DNA of 64,000 bases from Phormidesmis sp. (GTDB taxonomy: Bacteria; Cyanobacteriota; Cyanobacteriia; Leptolyngbyales; Leptolyngbyaceae): contig CBDFJR010000002.1 of the NCBI GenBank assembly GCA_965248535.1, positions 1,088,001 to 1,152,000 on the forward strand. Reading direction: 5' to 3'. Under the pieces are notes generated by a model. That model made no database searches. It worked only from the letters and a program-made list of their open reading frames with translations, and was not told the DNA's origin. The position numbers were made by a program, and so were the translations under genes. Position 1 is the stretch's first letter; every line of letters begins with the position of its first letter. Of the stretch, positions 50,982 to 60,377 are shown piece after piece.

Positions 50982-51626
50982 TCACCCCTGAATCGGTTGA
51001 ATATTTAACTCCGCTTGCCATTGGGTCAGTGGCTTATCCCATTCCTCTTCCCACTTTTGACCGAATAAAGCCTGAGCTGTTTCACCCATCCGCCAACCTT
51101 GTGCAATCGCCGCTAGCAAGGATGGCAACTGCGTGGAATCGAACAAAGTCGCAGCGATCAAACTATTGGCAATCACCATTGTTGCCAGTGGGTAAGAAAA
51201 CTGAGGAAGATGAAACGCCTGTAATCCGATTTCACCATTTTCCGACGTGTTAAATCCAGTTAAAATATGCCAGATATCGTGGGTTTGGCTAAGTCGCAGT
51301 TCGACATAATGAGCATCCGATTTGGCAGTCATACCCGCATGTAGATTGGGGTCATATCCTGACTCTTTCATGGCTTTGGCACAAATGTAGCCCAATGAAT
51401 TATCAGGATAGGTGAGTAATCGATCAAGGTCATGAGCCGGGGGAATATAGCGATCATTAATCAGTGCAGCACAAGCCGGATCGCATTTTAGCTGTTTCAC
51501 CACCAAGTCAAAAGCCGAGGTGTCTAACAAAGCCGATGACATCTCAAAGACTAATTTCAGGCTGTCATCAGCGATCAACATGGTCATAAAAGACTTGAAA
51601 ATCAGCATTGCTTGAATAATTTTCAT
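50982..51626 (-). CDS. Coq4 family protein
   Basis: PDNSLGY, RLSQTHDIWHILTGF...GEIGLQAF, WEEEWDKPL..WQAELNI. Confidence 0.88.
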   Translation of the reverse strand: MKIIQAMLIFKSFMTMLIADDSLKLVFEMSSALLDTSAFDLVVKQLKCDPACAALINDRYIPPAHDLDRLLTYPDNSLGYICAKAMKESGYDPNLHAGMTAKSDAHYVELRLSQTHDIWHILTGFNTSENGEIGLQAFHLPQFSYPLATMVIANSLIAATLFDSTQLPSLLAAIAQGWRMGETAQALFGQKWEEEWDKPLTQWQAELNIQPIQG

Positions 51627-51666
51627 GACAAGATCTCCAGAAAATTCAGCAGAATCAGGTTAATAT

Positions 51667-51739
51667 ATGAGCAACGCTCATGATTTCAATATATGAGCGT
51701 TGCTCATATATTGTCAAGCAAAACATGAGTTATACTCAT
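51667..51739. promoter_or_regulatory. Three ATGAG-N5-CTCAT palindromes, likely TetR operators
   Basis: At 51667-51681, 51693-51707 and 51725-51739 in the divergent coq4/tetR gap. Confidence 0.75.
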
Positions 51740-51765
51740 TTATTTTTCAAGCAAAGCGAATTCCC

Positions 51766-52452
51766 ATGGCTATAGACCCACAAAAATCGATTGGGATGCG
51801 GCGACAGCCCCGACAGGCTCGGAGTCAGGAGCGGGTGAAGCAGATCTTGGATGTGGCGGAGCAAATGTTCATTACTGAGGGCTACGGTGCGACGACTACG
51901 AACGCGATCGCCGCTCGTGCAAAGGTATCGATCGGGTCGCTCTATCAGTTTTTCCCGGACAAAGAGGCGATTGTGCAAGCGTTAGCGATGCAGTATATGA
52001 AGCATCTATACCAGCGATTGGTGGCACTCAATGCTGCTGATATGACTGATCTGCCGTTGTCTACCTATGTCGATCAGATGATTGATGCGACGGATCAATT
52101 TTTCACGGACTATCCGGGCTACCATGCCATCTTCATTCAGGTGCAAGGAATTGTTCCGGAATTAGCCGAAATCGAAGATGCGGCTGATGCCCAACTCATT
52201 CAAAATTTTGCAACGTCGTTGTCCCAATATTATTCAGGCTTGGACTCCACGGATTATGAGGCGATCTCGTTTGTGTTGGTGAAGGTGATCGGAACTTTGC
52301 TCTGGTTGTCCCTCAGTCAAGAGAAACGTTTTCGGCAACGCCTAGTTACAGAAACAAAACGATTTACCTTAAGTTACCTACAAAGCTATTTTCCGTTAGA
52401 ACAAAAGCCACCTAACAACGCCCATGCACACCGATCGTATAAAGGTTATTGA
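51766..52452 (+). CDS. TetR/AcrR family regulator
   Basis: RRQPRQARSQERVKQIL, TTNAIAARAKVSIGSLYQFFPDKEAI; C-terminus runs into the attC. Confidence 0.92.
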   Translation: MAIDPQKSIGMRRQPRQARSQERVKQILDVAEQMFITEGYGATTTNAIAARAKVSIGSLYQFFPDKEAIVQALAMQYMKHLYQRLVALNAADMTDLPLSTYVDQMIDATDQFFTDYPGYHAIFIQVQGIVPELAEIEDAADAQLIQNFATSLSQYYSGLDSTDYEAISFVLVKVIGTLLWLSLSQEKRFRQRLVTETKRFTLSYLQSYFPLEQKPPNNAHAHRSYKGY

Positions 52453-52498
52453 TTGAGTCCACAAAGTCACTAGCGGCGGTTGATGGGCACCGTTAGCC
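52410..52498 (+). other. attC: attC site 6
   Basis: ACCTAAC-AAC-GCCCATGCACACCG...CGGTTGATGGGC-ACC-GTTAGCC. Confidence 0.85.
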
Positions 52499-52560
52499 TG
52501 CTTTTCACAATCGAGATGGGCAATAAAATACAAACCTTAGCTGCCATAGCGGGTATTTTC

Positions 52561-52781
52561 GGTGAGAAGCATCCAGATGGATAGGTTGCTTATCCCATTG
52601 GTGTCGTGGGTGCGATTGTTGGACAGGGAGACACCTACGAAGAGGCTTTATCGGATGTGAAATCTGCGATCGCTTGCTACGCAGAAGTCTTTGGCAAAGA
52701 AAGGTTAGATGATACTCCCTATATTGAGGTTTTCGTTGCTGAGGCACGAGTTGCGGTTTAATGCCGAAGTTTCCGGTTGAT
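52561..52781 (+). pseudogene. hicB pseudogene (in-frame TAG) plus truncated hicA start (MPKFPVD)
   Basis: EKHPDG*VAYPIGVVGAIVGQGDTYEEALSDVKSAI..., then TAATG overlap into MPKFPVD. Confidence 0.65.
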
Positions 52782-52799
52782 GGAACTATAATTCTCAAT

Positions 52800-53200
52800 A
52801 TGACCGAACACAGTGTATGGCGAATTTCGTTAGCTCACAAAATCGCTCCGGCTTTCACTGTTAATGCCAAAGTTGAAGCGCGTTTTGTGTTTGGCTCGGC
52901 AGCATTAGGAATCTCAGATCAGTATTCAGACCTTGAGTTGGCTTTTATCTGATCACAACTCCCGTCTACTGAAGAATTACATCAACATGCTGCTCAGGCT
53001 AAACCGCATTTATCATCCCGGCTTCAAATGGACACGCTACTGGATTGAAGAAATGAACATCAAATCGCCTGAGTTTTTTGCGCGGTTGGAGCGCGTTTTT
53101 CAATCTGATGCTGCAAGTGGAACCCATGAATTGTGACAACTCTCGGAGGAAACGTTCAACCTTGTAGAGCAGCACTTGCCGCAAGTTGACTTCAAGCAGC
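52800..53200 (+). pseudogene. Nucleotidyltransferase-domain pseudogene
   Basis: FVFGSAALGISDQYSDLEL (GS-x-DxD NTase motif) followed by a stop, a frame change and a second stop. Confidence 0.6.
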
Positions 53201-53251
53201 AGCTATTAGTCATAATAAGAATTGCTGGTGAGCGATCGCCAGATCTGAGTT

Positions 53252-54550
53252 TCACCCGAAGCTATCAGCCGTGTAGAGATAGCCTCTAGAGGTGCCGTCG
53301 TCGAGCCAAATAATCGCGCCATCGCTTTCGAGGGTTTGGCTCTGAGAGATGCCTTGATTGATGATTCTAATTAATCGCTGTGGGCTAAAGGATTCTAGCT
53401 CGACAAAGTTTCCTTGATCGAGCCAGGTTAATTCATCGGCTGATAATGTTTGCCGTATCTCGATCGGCAGTTGTTTTGAGGCTTGAGCCGATGGGTCTGA
53501 AGACTGGACTAATAAGTGACGAGCCGATAAAATCTGGCGAGGCAACAGCCCCAAATCAATCAGTTGCACGGGGCTGTTTTGAAACCAATTAGGACTGGTC
53601 TTTAGTTGATTAATGAGGCGCATTCCTTGGGGGGTGCCGTCATGAAGCCCATAGACTTTTAGATCGGGGTTGCGCTTCAGCATGGTCATTACGGTGGTAA
53701 AAATGCTTTGCGGATAGCCTGTGATGCTGAGAACGGCACAGTTGTTTTCAAAGTGAAAGTTGTTGGCGATCAACAATTGAGCGATTTTGGCGCTATCACA
53801 CACCACCGCCCGATCGAAGCTATAAGCGCTTACGTCAGGGTCAACCAGTTGAGCAGTTTGTTCTTCGCTCGGTGGCGGCAAAAGTTTGGGAATTGCCCCA
53901 TTGATCAAAGTCCAGCGATCGAGCCAAGTTTTGAATTGAGCTTGTTCAAATAGGGGAACTTTAGCGATCGTAGCCTGCCGTTTTTTTTGCCAGATGCCGA
54001 GCACGATCGAGACCATGCCCAACAGCACAGCTAGAAAGTAGATCAGAGCAGAATGCGAGACAAGACCCCAGAAAACCCCACTAATCAGAATTAAACCCCC
54101 TAGGATTTGTAACTTTCTAGCGTTGGCTCTGCGAATGGCATAGCTAAATTGATTAGACTTGCTAAGTTGGAAAAATTGAATAATAAAGATTACATTGATC
54201 ACAACCCCAAAGATCAGATAAAGCAGGGGAATTGCCCGCGTAATTAGGGCTATCCAAACGCTGATTACAACATAGACAACCAGCAACGCAGTCCCTATTG
54301 AAGCCGATCGCGCTGTCAACCGTTTGTCTAACAGATAATAAAGCTGCTTAGGCGTAAAAAATAGTGTGCCGTCAGACGAAATATCGGCGATCGCTTTAGC
54401 AAAAAATGGGTCAGTAATCAGCAATCTTTTGTCGGTGACGGTAGTTGGCTCAAAGGCAAACGGATGGTTGCAGCTTTTGCAGCGACCTGAGTGATCAGTG
54501 CGATCTTTTAGAATATTGTCAGTTCCACACTGAATACATTTCATACCCAT
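53252..54550 (-). CDS. Membrane protein with N-terminal Zn-ribbon and C-terminal TOPRIM-like domain
   Basis: CIQC...CKSC, four TM segments, LSITGYP, VYGLHD, VELES. Confidence 0.65.
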   Translation of the reverse strand: MGMKCIQCGTDNILKDRTDHSGRCKSCNHPFAFEPTTVTDKRLLITDPFFAKAIADISSDGTLFFTPKQLYYLLDKRLTARSASIGTALLVVYVVISVWIALITRAIPLLYLIFGVVINVIFIIQFFQLSKSNQFSYAIRRANARKLQILGGLILISGVFWGLVSHSALIYFLAVLLGMVSIVLGIWQKKRQATIAKVPLFEQAQFKTWLDRWTLINGAIPKLLPPPSEEQTAQLVDPDVSAYSFDRAVVCDSAKIAQLLIANNFHFENNCAVLSITGYPQSIFTTVMTMLKRNPDLKVYGLHDGTPQGMRLINQLKTSPNWFQNSPVQLIDLGLLPRQILSARHLLVQSSDPSAQASKQLPIEIRQTLSADELTWLDQGNFVELESFSPQRLIRIINQGISQSQTLESDGAIIWLDDGTSRGYLYTADSFG

Positions 54551-54571
54551 AAATTAAATGCTCCCAACAGT

Positions 54572-55771
54572 TCAAAACGGACTCGGATCAAAAATCTGAT
54601 TGTCTAGCAAAACTCGATAATCTTCTCGCTTGCGAATCAGAGAATGGTGTGTTCCTGTTAACAAAACCTCTGCGGGTCGAGGGCGATGCAGAAAATGCGA
54701 AGACATCGCATAGCCATAAGCGCCCGTGTCGAGAATGGCGATCGTGTCTCCACTATTTAACGCTGGAAGCGGACAATTGCGCCCTAAATAATCGCGAGAA
54801 TAAGTTGTGTTGCCACACACATCGGTGGAATATTGAGACGCACCTTTAGCCCAAGTGACAATCTGCCGATAGCCCCCATGCACAGACGGAACCGAGAGAT
54901 TTCCAACGGTGGTATCGACTCCAACAATTTGTTTCTCGGTTTGCCATTTGGTTGAGACAACCTGGGTCAGCAGCGTGCCACAGTGGGCGATCGCGGCCCG
55001 TCCCGGTTCAACCATCAACTCAATCTCTGGCTGAATCGCGGTTAGCTTTTGGCTCAAGGCGGCTCCAAACTCTGACCAGTTAAACGCGGCTCCGTCTGGC
55101 TGATAGGGATAGCCAAAACCGCCGCCAAAATCAAGCGATCGCCAGTCGGGGAGTTGTTGAGCAATGGCAATAACATCATCTATCACTTGAGTAAATGCTT
55201 TTGTGGCGTTCGTTCCAGTCCCGCGATAGAAGTGTAACCCCGTGATGGCCAATCCTGATTTTTTAGCAATCATCAGCGCGTCTTCAAACTCTTCTAACCG
55301 GATTCCTATTCTGCTATCTCCTGTGATCTCTGGCGCATTTAACCGGATGCCTAACTTGATTTTAGAAGACGTTGGCTTTGATTGCAGTGTTGTGCACAAC
55401 AAGTGTAGCTGAGACGTGCTGTCTAAATTCAGTTTAGTAATCTTCCAGTCTAATAATTGTTCTAGATCAGCACGGTTTAAGTTACTGCCGCTATAGACGA
55501 TTTGCTCTGGGGCAAAGCCTGCGGTTAAGCCTAAATAAGCGTCTCCTGGCGTGTTGGCATGAAGCCCCCAGCCTGCATCACGCGCTATCTGCAACAGAGC
55601 AATGTTGCCATTGGTGACGCTGGCAAAGTGAAAGCGCGTTTGAGGATAAGGAATCGCTTGAGTGATCTGGGCAATGGTTTGCCGGAAGCGATCGCCGTCA
55701 TAGACATAGAGCGGTGAGCCGTAAGTCGCAATCAATTCCTGCATTAAAGACTCAGAAAAGGGCAGATTCAT
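54572..55771 (-). CDS. Diaminopimelate-decarboxylase-like (fold III PLP) protein, atypical active site
   Basis: YGSPLYVYD, GLHFYRG, LDFGGGFG, VEPGR, DTGAYG..MSS...RPRPAEV. Confidence 0.8.
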   Translation of the reverse strand: MNLPFSESLMQELIATYGSPLYVYDGDRFRQTIAQITQAIPYPQTRFHFASVTNGNIALLQIARDAGWGLHANTPGDAYLGLTAGFAPEQIVYSGSNLNRADLEQLLDWKITKLNLDSTSQLHLLCTTLQSKPTSSKIKLGIRLNAPEITGDSRIGIRLEEFEDALMIAKKSGLAITGLHFYRGTGTNATKAFTQVIDDVIAIAQQLPDWRSLDFGGGFGYPYQPDGAAFNWSEFGAALSQKLTAIQPEIELMVEPGRAAIAHCGTLLTQVVSTKWQTEKQIVGVDTTVGNLSVPSVHGGYRQIVTWAKGASQYSTDVCGNTTYSRDYLGRNCPLPALNSGDTIAILDTGAYGYAMSSHFLHRPRPAEVLLTGTHHSLIRKREDYRVLLDNQIFDPSPF

Positions 55772-55928
55772 CCTTAATTCTTTATTTTTTAGCAAAGGTA
55801 ACCCTCATGGCTTGGGGCGAAAAATCTTCATCACTCATGGGAGGGTCACAGACAGATAGTATTAATGATGAACAGGAGTCGCCCGTTGACCCCTCACCCA
55901 TTAAACGAATTGTTTAGGACTTTTGATC

Positions 55929-56639
55929 ATGAGTGTAGAAACTGACCCCGCAAAAATCATGAAACAGCAGGTGGGCATTGCGGCCGCCGCTAGAGTAAAG
56001 TCTGGTTCTATTGTAGGGCTGGGCACCGGGTCAACCACGGCCTACGCGATTCAGGCATTGGGCGATCGCCTTAAATCAGGCGATCTCAAAGATATTAAGG
56101 GCGTTCCCACCTCGTTTCAAGCGATCGTGTTGGCGCGGCAATATGGCATTCCCCTCGTGACGCTGGATGAAATCGATCACATTGATGTGGCGATCGATGG
56201 GGCCGATGAGGTCGATCCGCACAAGAATTTGATCAAAGGGGGCGGGGCAGCCCATACTCAAGAAAAAATCGTGGATTCTCTCGCCGATCAGTTTATTGTC
56301 GTGGTCGATAGCGGCAAACTCGTCGAGCATTTAGGGTCAACGTTTTTGCTGCCTGTCGAGGTGATTCCGATGGCGGTGACTCCGGTGATGAGAGCGATCG
56401 TCAAACTAGGCGGCAAACCCGAACTGCGGATGGGCATCAAAAAAGCGGGCCCCGTGGTCACCGATCAGGGCAATCTCGTCATCGATGTGAAGTTCGATCG
56501 CATTGACAACCCGGCTGATCTTGAGAAGACGCTCAACAACATTCCGGGAGTGTTAGAAAATGGCTTGTTTGTCGGCGTGACTGATGTGGTGCTGGTGGGC
56601 GAAATCAAAGACGGTCAACCCTCAGTGCGGGAGTTTTAG
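55929..56639 (+). CDS. rpiA: Ribose-5-phosphate isomerase A
   Basis: [28 protein letters not shown]. Confidence 0.97.
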   Translation: MSVETDPAKIMKQQVGIAAAARVKSGSIVGLGTGSTTAYAIQALGDRLKSGDLKDIKGVPTSFQAIVLARQYGIPLVTLDEIDHIDVAIDGADEVDPHKNLIKGGGAAHTQEKIVDSLADQFIVVVDSGKLVEHLGSTFLLPVEVIPMAVTPVMRAIVKLGGKPELRMGIKKAGPVVTDQGNLVIDVKFDRIDNPADLEKTLNNIPGVLENGLFVGVTDVVLVGEIKDGQPSVREF

Positions 56640-56651
56640 GTTATCAAATAC

Positions 56652-56684
56652 AGATCTCCGACTTTTTAAAAAAGTCGGAGATCT
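56652..56684. repeat. Dispersed palindromic repeat AGATCTCCGACTTTTTAAAAAAGTCGGAGATCT
   Basis: Inverted repeat between convergent genes; relative of 35239-35271. Confidence 0.7.
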
Positions 56685-56698
56685 TGGGGTCGGGGAGT

Positions 56699-57463
56699 CT
56701 ACTGCTGCTGATAGGCCAAATATATGGCTTCTAGAAAGAGATCGGGAGTCATTTGAAACGGCAAATCTTGCAGCCCGATTATCTGTCGGGTCTGACGGGC
56801 TAACTGCAAACTTAAGTCCGATCGTGCCTTCGTTTCCATTAGCGATCGCCGCTGCAAATATTCTCGAATCACCGCAAAATCATCGGGCAATAGCTGACTG
56901 ATATTAGCCGTCGCTAAAAGCTCAGTTGCCAAAAGCGTTGATTGCTGCGAGGTTTGAAACGTTGCAGACACCACAGGACGGTCATTTTGAACCACGATCG
57001 TTCCGGCAACCCAATCTCCTAAACGTTTTTCTCGTTTTCCTAGAATAATGAATAACATCCCGATCGACAAAAAATCATCGATCGGGCGCAGCAGCGATCG
57101 CAGCAGCGCTTGCGAGACTCCGGCGGGTTGACCATCTTCTCTAATCACCCGAATCTTGGCATAGCGCTTGCCGGGGGTTTGCCCATGCCAGAGGGTTTCA
57201 AAGACAACAAAATAGCCCACATAGATGGCAAAGCCGAGGACGATCGAGATAGCAGTCAGCCAGAGTTCTAAGTTTTTAGACTGGATGTAGTTGGGCAATT
57301 GGCTGGCCAGAACGCCCCACACCACTAAGAACACAAATAAAATACATCCCCAAACGACGTAATCAACTAGCAGCGCCAGAGCGCGATTGCCAATGCCTGC
57401 CAGAGTAAATTCTAGCTCGACGCTTTCGGGCGTTTGAACTTTGATTTGATTAAAAAAGCGCAT
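56699..57463 (-). CDS. RDD family protein
   Basis: TPESVEL, GNRALALLVD, GQTPGKR, RLGDWVAGTIVV. Confidence 0.9.
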   Translation of the reverse strand: MRFFNQIKVQTPESVELEFTLAGIGNRALALLVDYVVWGCILFVFLVVWGVLASQLPNYIQSKNLELWLTAISIVLGFAIYVGYFVVFETLWHGQTPGKRYAKIRVIREDGQPAGVSQALLRSLLRPIDDFLSIGMLFIILGKREKRLGDWVAGTIVVQNDRPVVSATFQTSQQSTLLATELLATANISQLLPDDFAVIREYLQRRSLMETKARSDLSLQLARQTRQIIGLQDLPFQMTPDLFLEAIYLAYQQQ

Positions 57464-57474
57464 AGGTAGGGAGA

Positions 57475-58296
57475 TTAACGATCGCGTAACTGCAAGCCCA
57501 GACCTTCACGCCGAGCGCGCAGATCATAATAAACCACTGCCTTGATCACCTGCCAGTAGGGCATAATGAGCGCCGACAGCACAATTCTGACCGCTATATC
57601 GACAAATCTTAAAAGCACCACCAGTCCAGGATTTTCGTTTCTAATAGTCAGAGCCGTTATTAGCCCAAAGAGCATGATCGCAGGCAAGTAAACCAGCAGC
57701 GTGACTAGGAAGGCAACAAACAAAATCCATTGAATTCGCCCGACCGATCCCTTCGTCAGACTCCAACTGCGGCTGATCGACGTGGTGCTGTCAACGTTAT
57801 CTTCGATCGCCATCGGCAGATCAAAAACAAACAGCCGAGAACCAAATCGAATCAAAATAATCAACGCTGCAATGAAGATAGCAATATACAAAATCACAGC
57901 CAGCGGTAGCAATGGCCGACTTGTAGCCGCCGCGATCGCGCCAACGCCACCAATTAGTGAACCTCCAATCACGACTCCAATAATCACCCCGATAAAAATC
58001 AGACCGACCAAGAGATGGGTGACAAAAAATTGCCAGAGGCGCGGGCTGGTGTGTCTGCGCGCATCGGTCACCGTTTCAGGCTGATCGACCAGTTCACTAT
58101 AGGCAAGGCGAGCGATCGCCCCTGCAATCTCGGCGAACTTTGCGGTTCCATAGATCGGCACAATGGCCCACAGAGAGGCTCTCAGCGACAGCGTAAGGTA
58201 TTGCTTCAGATGGGAACGATAAATTCGCACACCTGCATTGACAACATTGCCAACACTGAGCGGGCCGAGCGGATTGGCGGGACTAATATTTGACAT
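57475..58296 (-). CDS. Membrane protein (DUF975/GPDPase-membrane-like)
   Basis: PLSVGNVV, SISRSWSLTKG, YYDLRARREG. Confidence 0.75.
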   Translation of the reverse strand: MSNISPANPLGPLSVGNVVNAGVRIYRSHLKQYLTLSLRASLWAIVPIYGTAKFAEIAGAIARLAYSELVDQPETVTDARRHTSPRLWQFFVTHLLVGLIFIGVIIGVVIGGSLIGGVGAIAAATSRPLLPLAVILYIAIFIAALIILIRFGSRLFVFDLPMAIEDNVDSTTSISRSWSLTKGSVGRIQWILFVAFLVTLLVYLPAIMLFGLITALTIRNENPGLVVLLRFVDIAVRIVLSALIMPYWQVIKAVVYYDLRARREGLGLQLRDR

Positions 58297-58386
58297 AATG
58301 AATGGTGTCCAACAGCATCCCCTATTAGGATGACTATAGAGTTGACGCTATCTTAGGCGACCTAACACCGAGTGCTCTAAAATTTT

Positions 58387-59361
58387 ATGAATGTTAAACG
58401 TTGGATTGCCAGACGAGAACCCGATTGGAAGCAGTTAGACGCATTGCTGACTCAGATAGAAAAGCGGGGGCTGCGATCGCTGCAAACCGACGAGATTAGA
58501 AAATTAGCGAGTTTATATCGATCGGTGTCGGCAGATTTAGCGCGGGCGAGAACAAATCAAGTGGCGATCGGCAATACGCTGGTGCATGATTTACAGCAGT
58601 TGACGGCGCGGGGCTATAGTCAGGTTTACCAGGGTTCGCGGCGACAAGAGTGGCGATCGGTGCTCGACTTTTATCAGTGGGGCTTTCCGGCGGCAGTGCA
58701 GCAGACGTGGGGCTATATTGCTCTCTCGACCGGATTGTTTTTGCTCGGTGGCTTGATTGGCTGGTGGTTTGCTTGGGGTGACCCGTCGTTTGTGGCGCTG
58801 GTTGTGCCCGAATCGATGATTCACATGGTGCGCGACGATCACAAGCTGTGGATGGGGTCTATTTTGGGCACCGAACCTGTGGCATCCAGTCAGATCATGA
58901 TCAACAATTTAGCGGTTTCGTTTCGAGCGATCGCCGGGGGCATGACCCTAGGAATTTTGACGGTGCTTCTGTTGTTTTTTAATGGGTTGATGATTGGCAC
59001 GATCGGGACGTTGGTCGGTCAAAATAATCTAGCTTTTTCTTTCTGGGCGTTTGTGTTTCCCCACGGGGCGTTAGAGCTTCCTGCGATTTTCTTAGCAGGG
59101 GCGGCAGGGTTATTAATTGCAAGAGGAATTCTGTTTCCCGGTCAGTTTCGGCGACCTGATGCCCTCAAGTTCTACGGGCTACAAGCGGCTCAATTGGTTT
59201 ATGGAATCGTGCCGATGTTGGTGATCGCAGGCACGATCGAGGGCTTTTTCTCCCCCAGCCCAGCCGTGCCCGAATTGCTTAAATACACCGTTGGTATTGC
59301 ATTGTTTACTTTACTGATCATGTATTGCAGTCTAAAAAGTCCCAGTAAAAAACTGGCGTGA
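58387..59361 (+). CDS. Stage II sporulation protein M (SpoIIM) family membrane protein
   Basis: LYRSVSADLARART, INNLAV, PHGALELPAI, AGTIEGFFSP. Confidence 0.9.
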   Translation: MNVKRWIARREPDWKQLDALLTQIEKRGLRSLQTDEIRKLASLYRSVSADLARARTNQVAIGNTLVHDLQQLTARGYSQVYQGSRRQEWRSVLDFYQWGFPAAVQQTWGYIALSTGLFLLGGLIGWWFAWGDPSFVALVVPESMIHMVRDDHKLWMGSILGTEPVASSQIMINNLAVSFRAIAGGMTLGILTVLLLFFNGLMIGTIGTLVGQNNLAFSFWAFVFPHGALELPAIFLAGAAGLLIARGILFPGQFRRPDALKFYGLQAAQLVYGIVPMLVIAGTIEGFFSPSPAVPELLKYTVGIALFTLLIMYCSLKSPSKKLA

Positions 59362-59496
59362 GGTATTATTCAACGAATGGTTTTAGCAATACAACGATGA
59401 AAGCATCGTAGATAAATTGAACACTACTCAAAAAACAACACAAATCAATGGGTGCAGAGAGCGATCGGGTCAACTTCTCATGGGGCAATGAGTTGC

Positions 59497-60366
59497 TTAA
59501 CGATCGCGCAATCCTAGTCCAAATCCCTCTCGACGACTCAGCAGACTATAGTAACTGGCAGCCTTCACCGCTTGCCAAAGAGGCATGGTTAAAACGCTAA
59601 AAACCAATACTAAAACGATTGAAAGAATTGAACTCAAATTTGAATAAGCTTGATAAGGGTTTGCTGAAAATCTAGTAGAAAACCAAGCGATTAGAAACCC
59701 AAACGATTGAATTGATATGAACAAAGAAGTCACCAATACAAAGGTTACTGTCATCACTCCTGGTAAATAAAAGGTAGAGCCTTTTGTAAGCTTCCAACTG
59801 CGACGGATAGCAGCGATTAGCCCAGATCCTTTCTCACTTCCCAAGAGAAGCTCAGTTAAGAAAAAACGGGAATAAGTCCAAAAAATCGTCAAAGGAAACA
59901 GCACAAATATTGCTATGCCAAGCAACACCCCAAGCAAATGACCCACTGCTTCTAAGTCACTGTGGGGTAGTTTCAAAATACCCACCGTGAAGGCAGTTGC
60001 TGTAGCCGCCATAATGGTTAAGAGCAGTAGGAAAACGATCGTCACTATTGTCGAGACCAACGACAGCAGAAACACTAGAATATTCGTGACTAAAAATCTC
60101 CAACTCTGACACTTAACCTGACGAAATATCGTTTGATAACTTTCAACCTGCTCTGTTAGTTCGTTAAATGTCAGTCCAGCAATAAAAGCCGATATCTCAA
60201 AGAATTGAATCCAGCCATAAACGGGAACCACGAGCCAGAGATGAGCAGTCAGCGCCAGACTTAAATAGCGGCCAAAATTTCTACGATAAATTTGCAATCC
60301 AGCGCTAACGACATTTCCGATGCTTAAAGGTCGGCTTAGGCGAGACGGAAAGACGTTTTCAGTCAT
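59497..60366 (-). CDS. Membrane protein, paralog of 57475-58296
   Basis: PLSIGNVVSAG, AIRRSWKLTKG, YYSLLSRREG. Confidence 0.75.
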   Translation of the reverse strand: MTENVFPSRLSRPLSIGNVVSAGLQIYRRNFGRYLSLALTAHLWLVVPVYGWIQFFEISAFIAGLTFNELTEQVESYQTIFRQVKCQSWRFLVTNILVFLLSLVSTIVTIVFLLLLTIMAATATAFTVGILKLPHSDLEAVGHLLGVLLGIAIFVLFPLTIFWTYSRFFLTELLLGSEKGSGLIAAIRRSWKLTKGSTFYLPGVMTVTFVLVTSLFISIQSFGFLIAWFSTRFSANPYQAYSNLSSILSIVLVLVFSVLTMPLWQAVKAASYYSLLSRREGFGLGLRDR

Positions 60367-60377
60367 GAGTCAAATCT

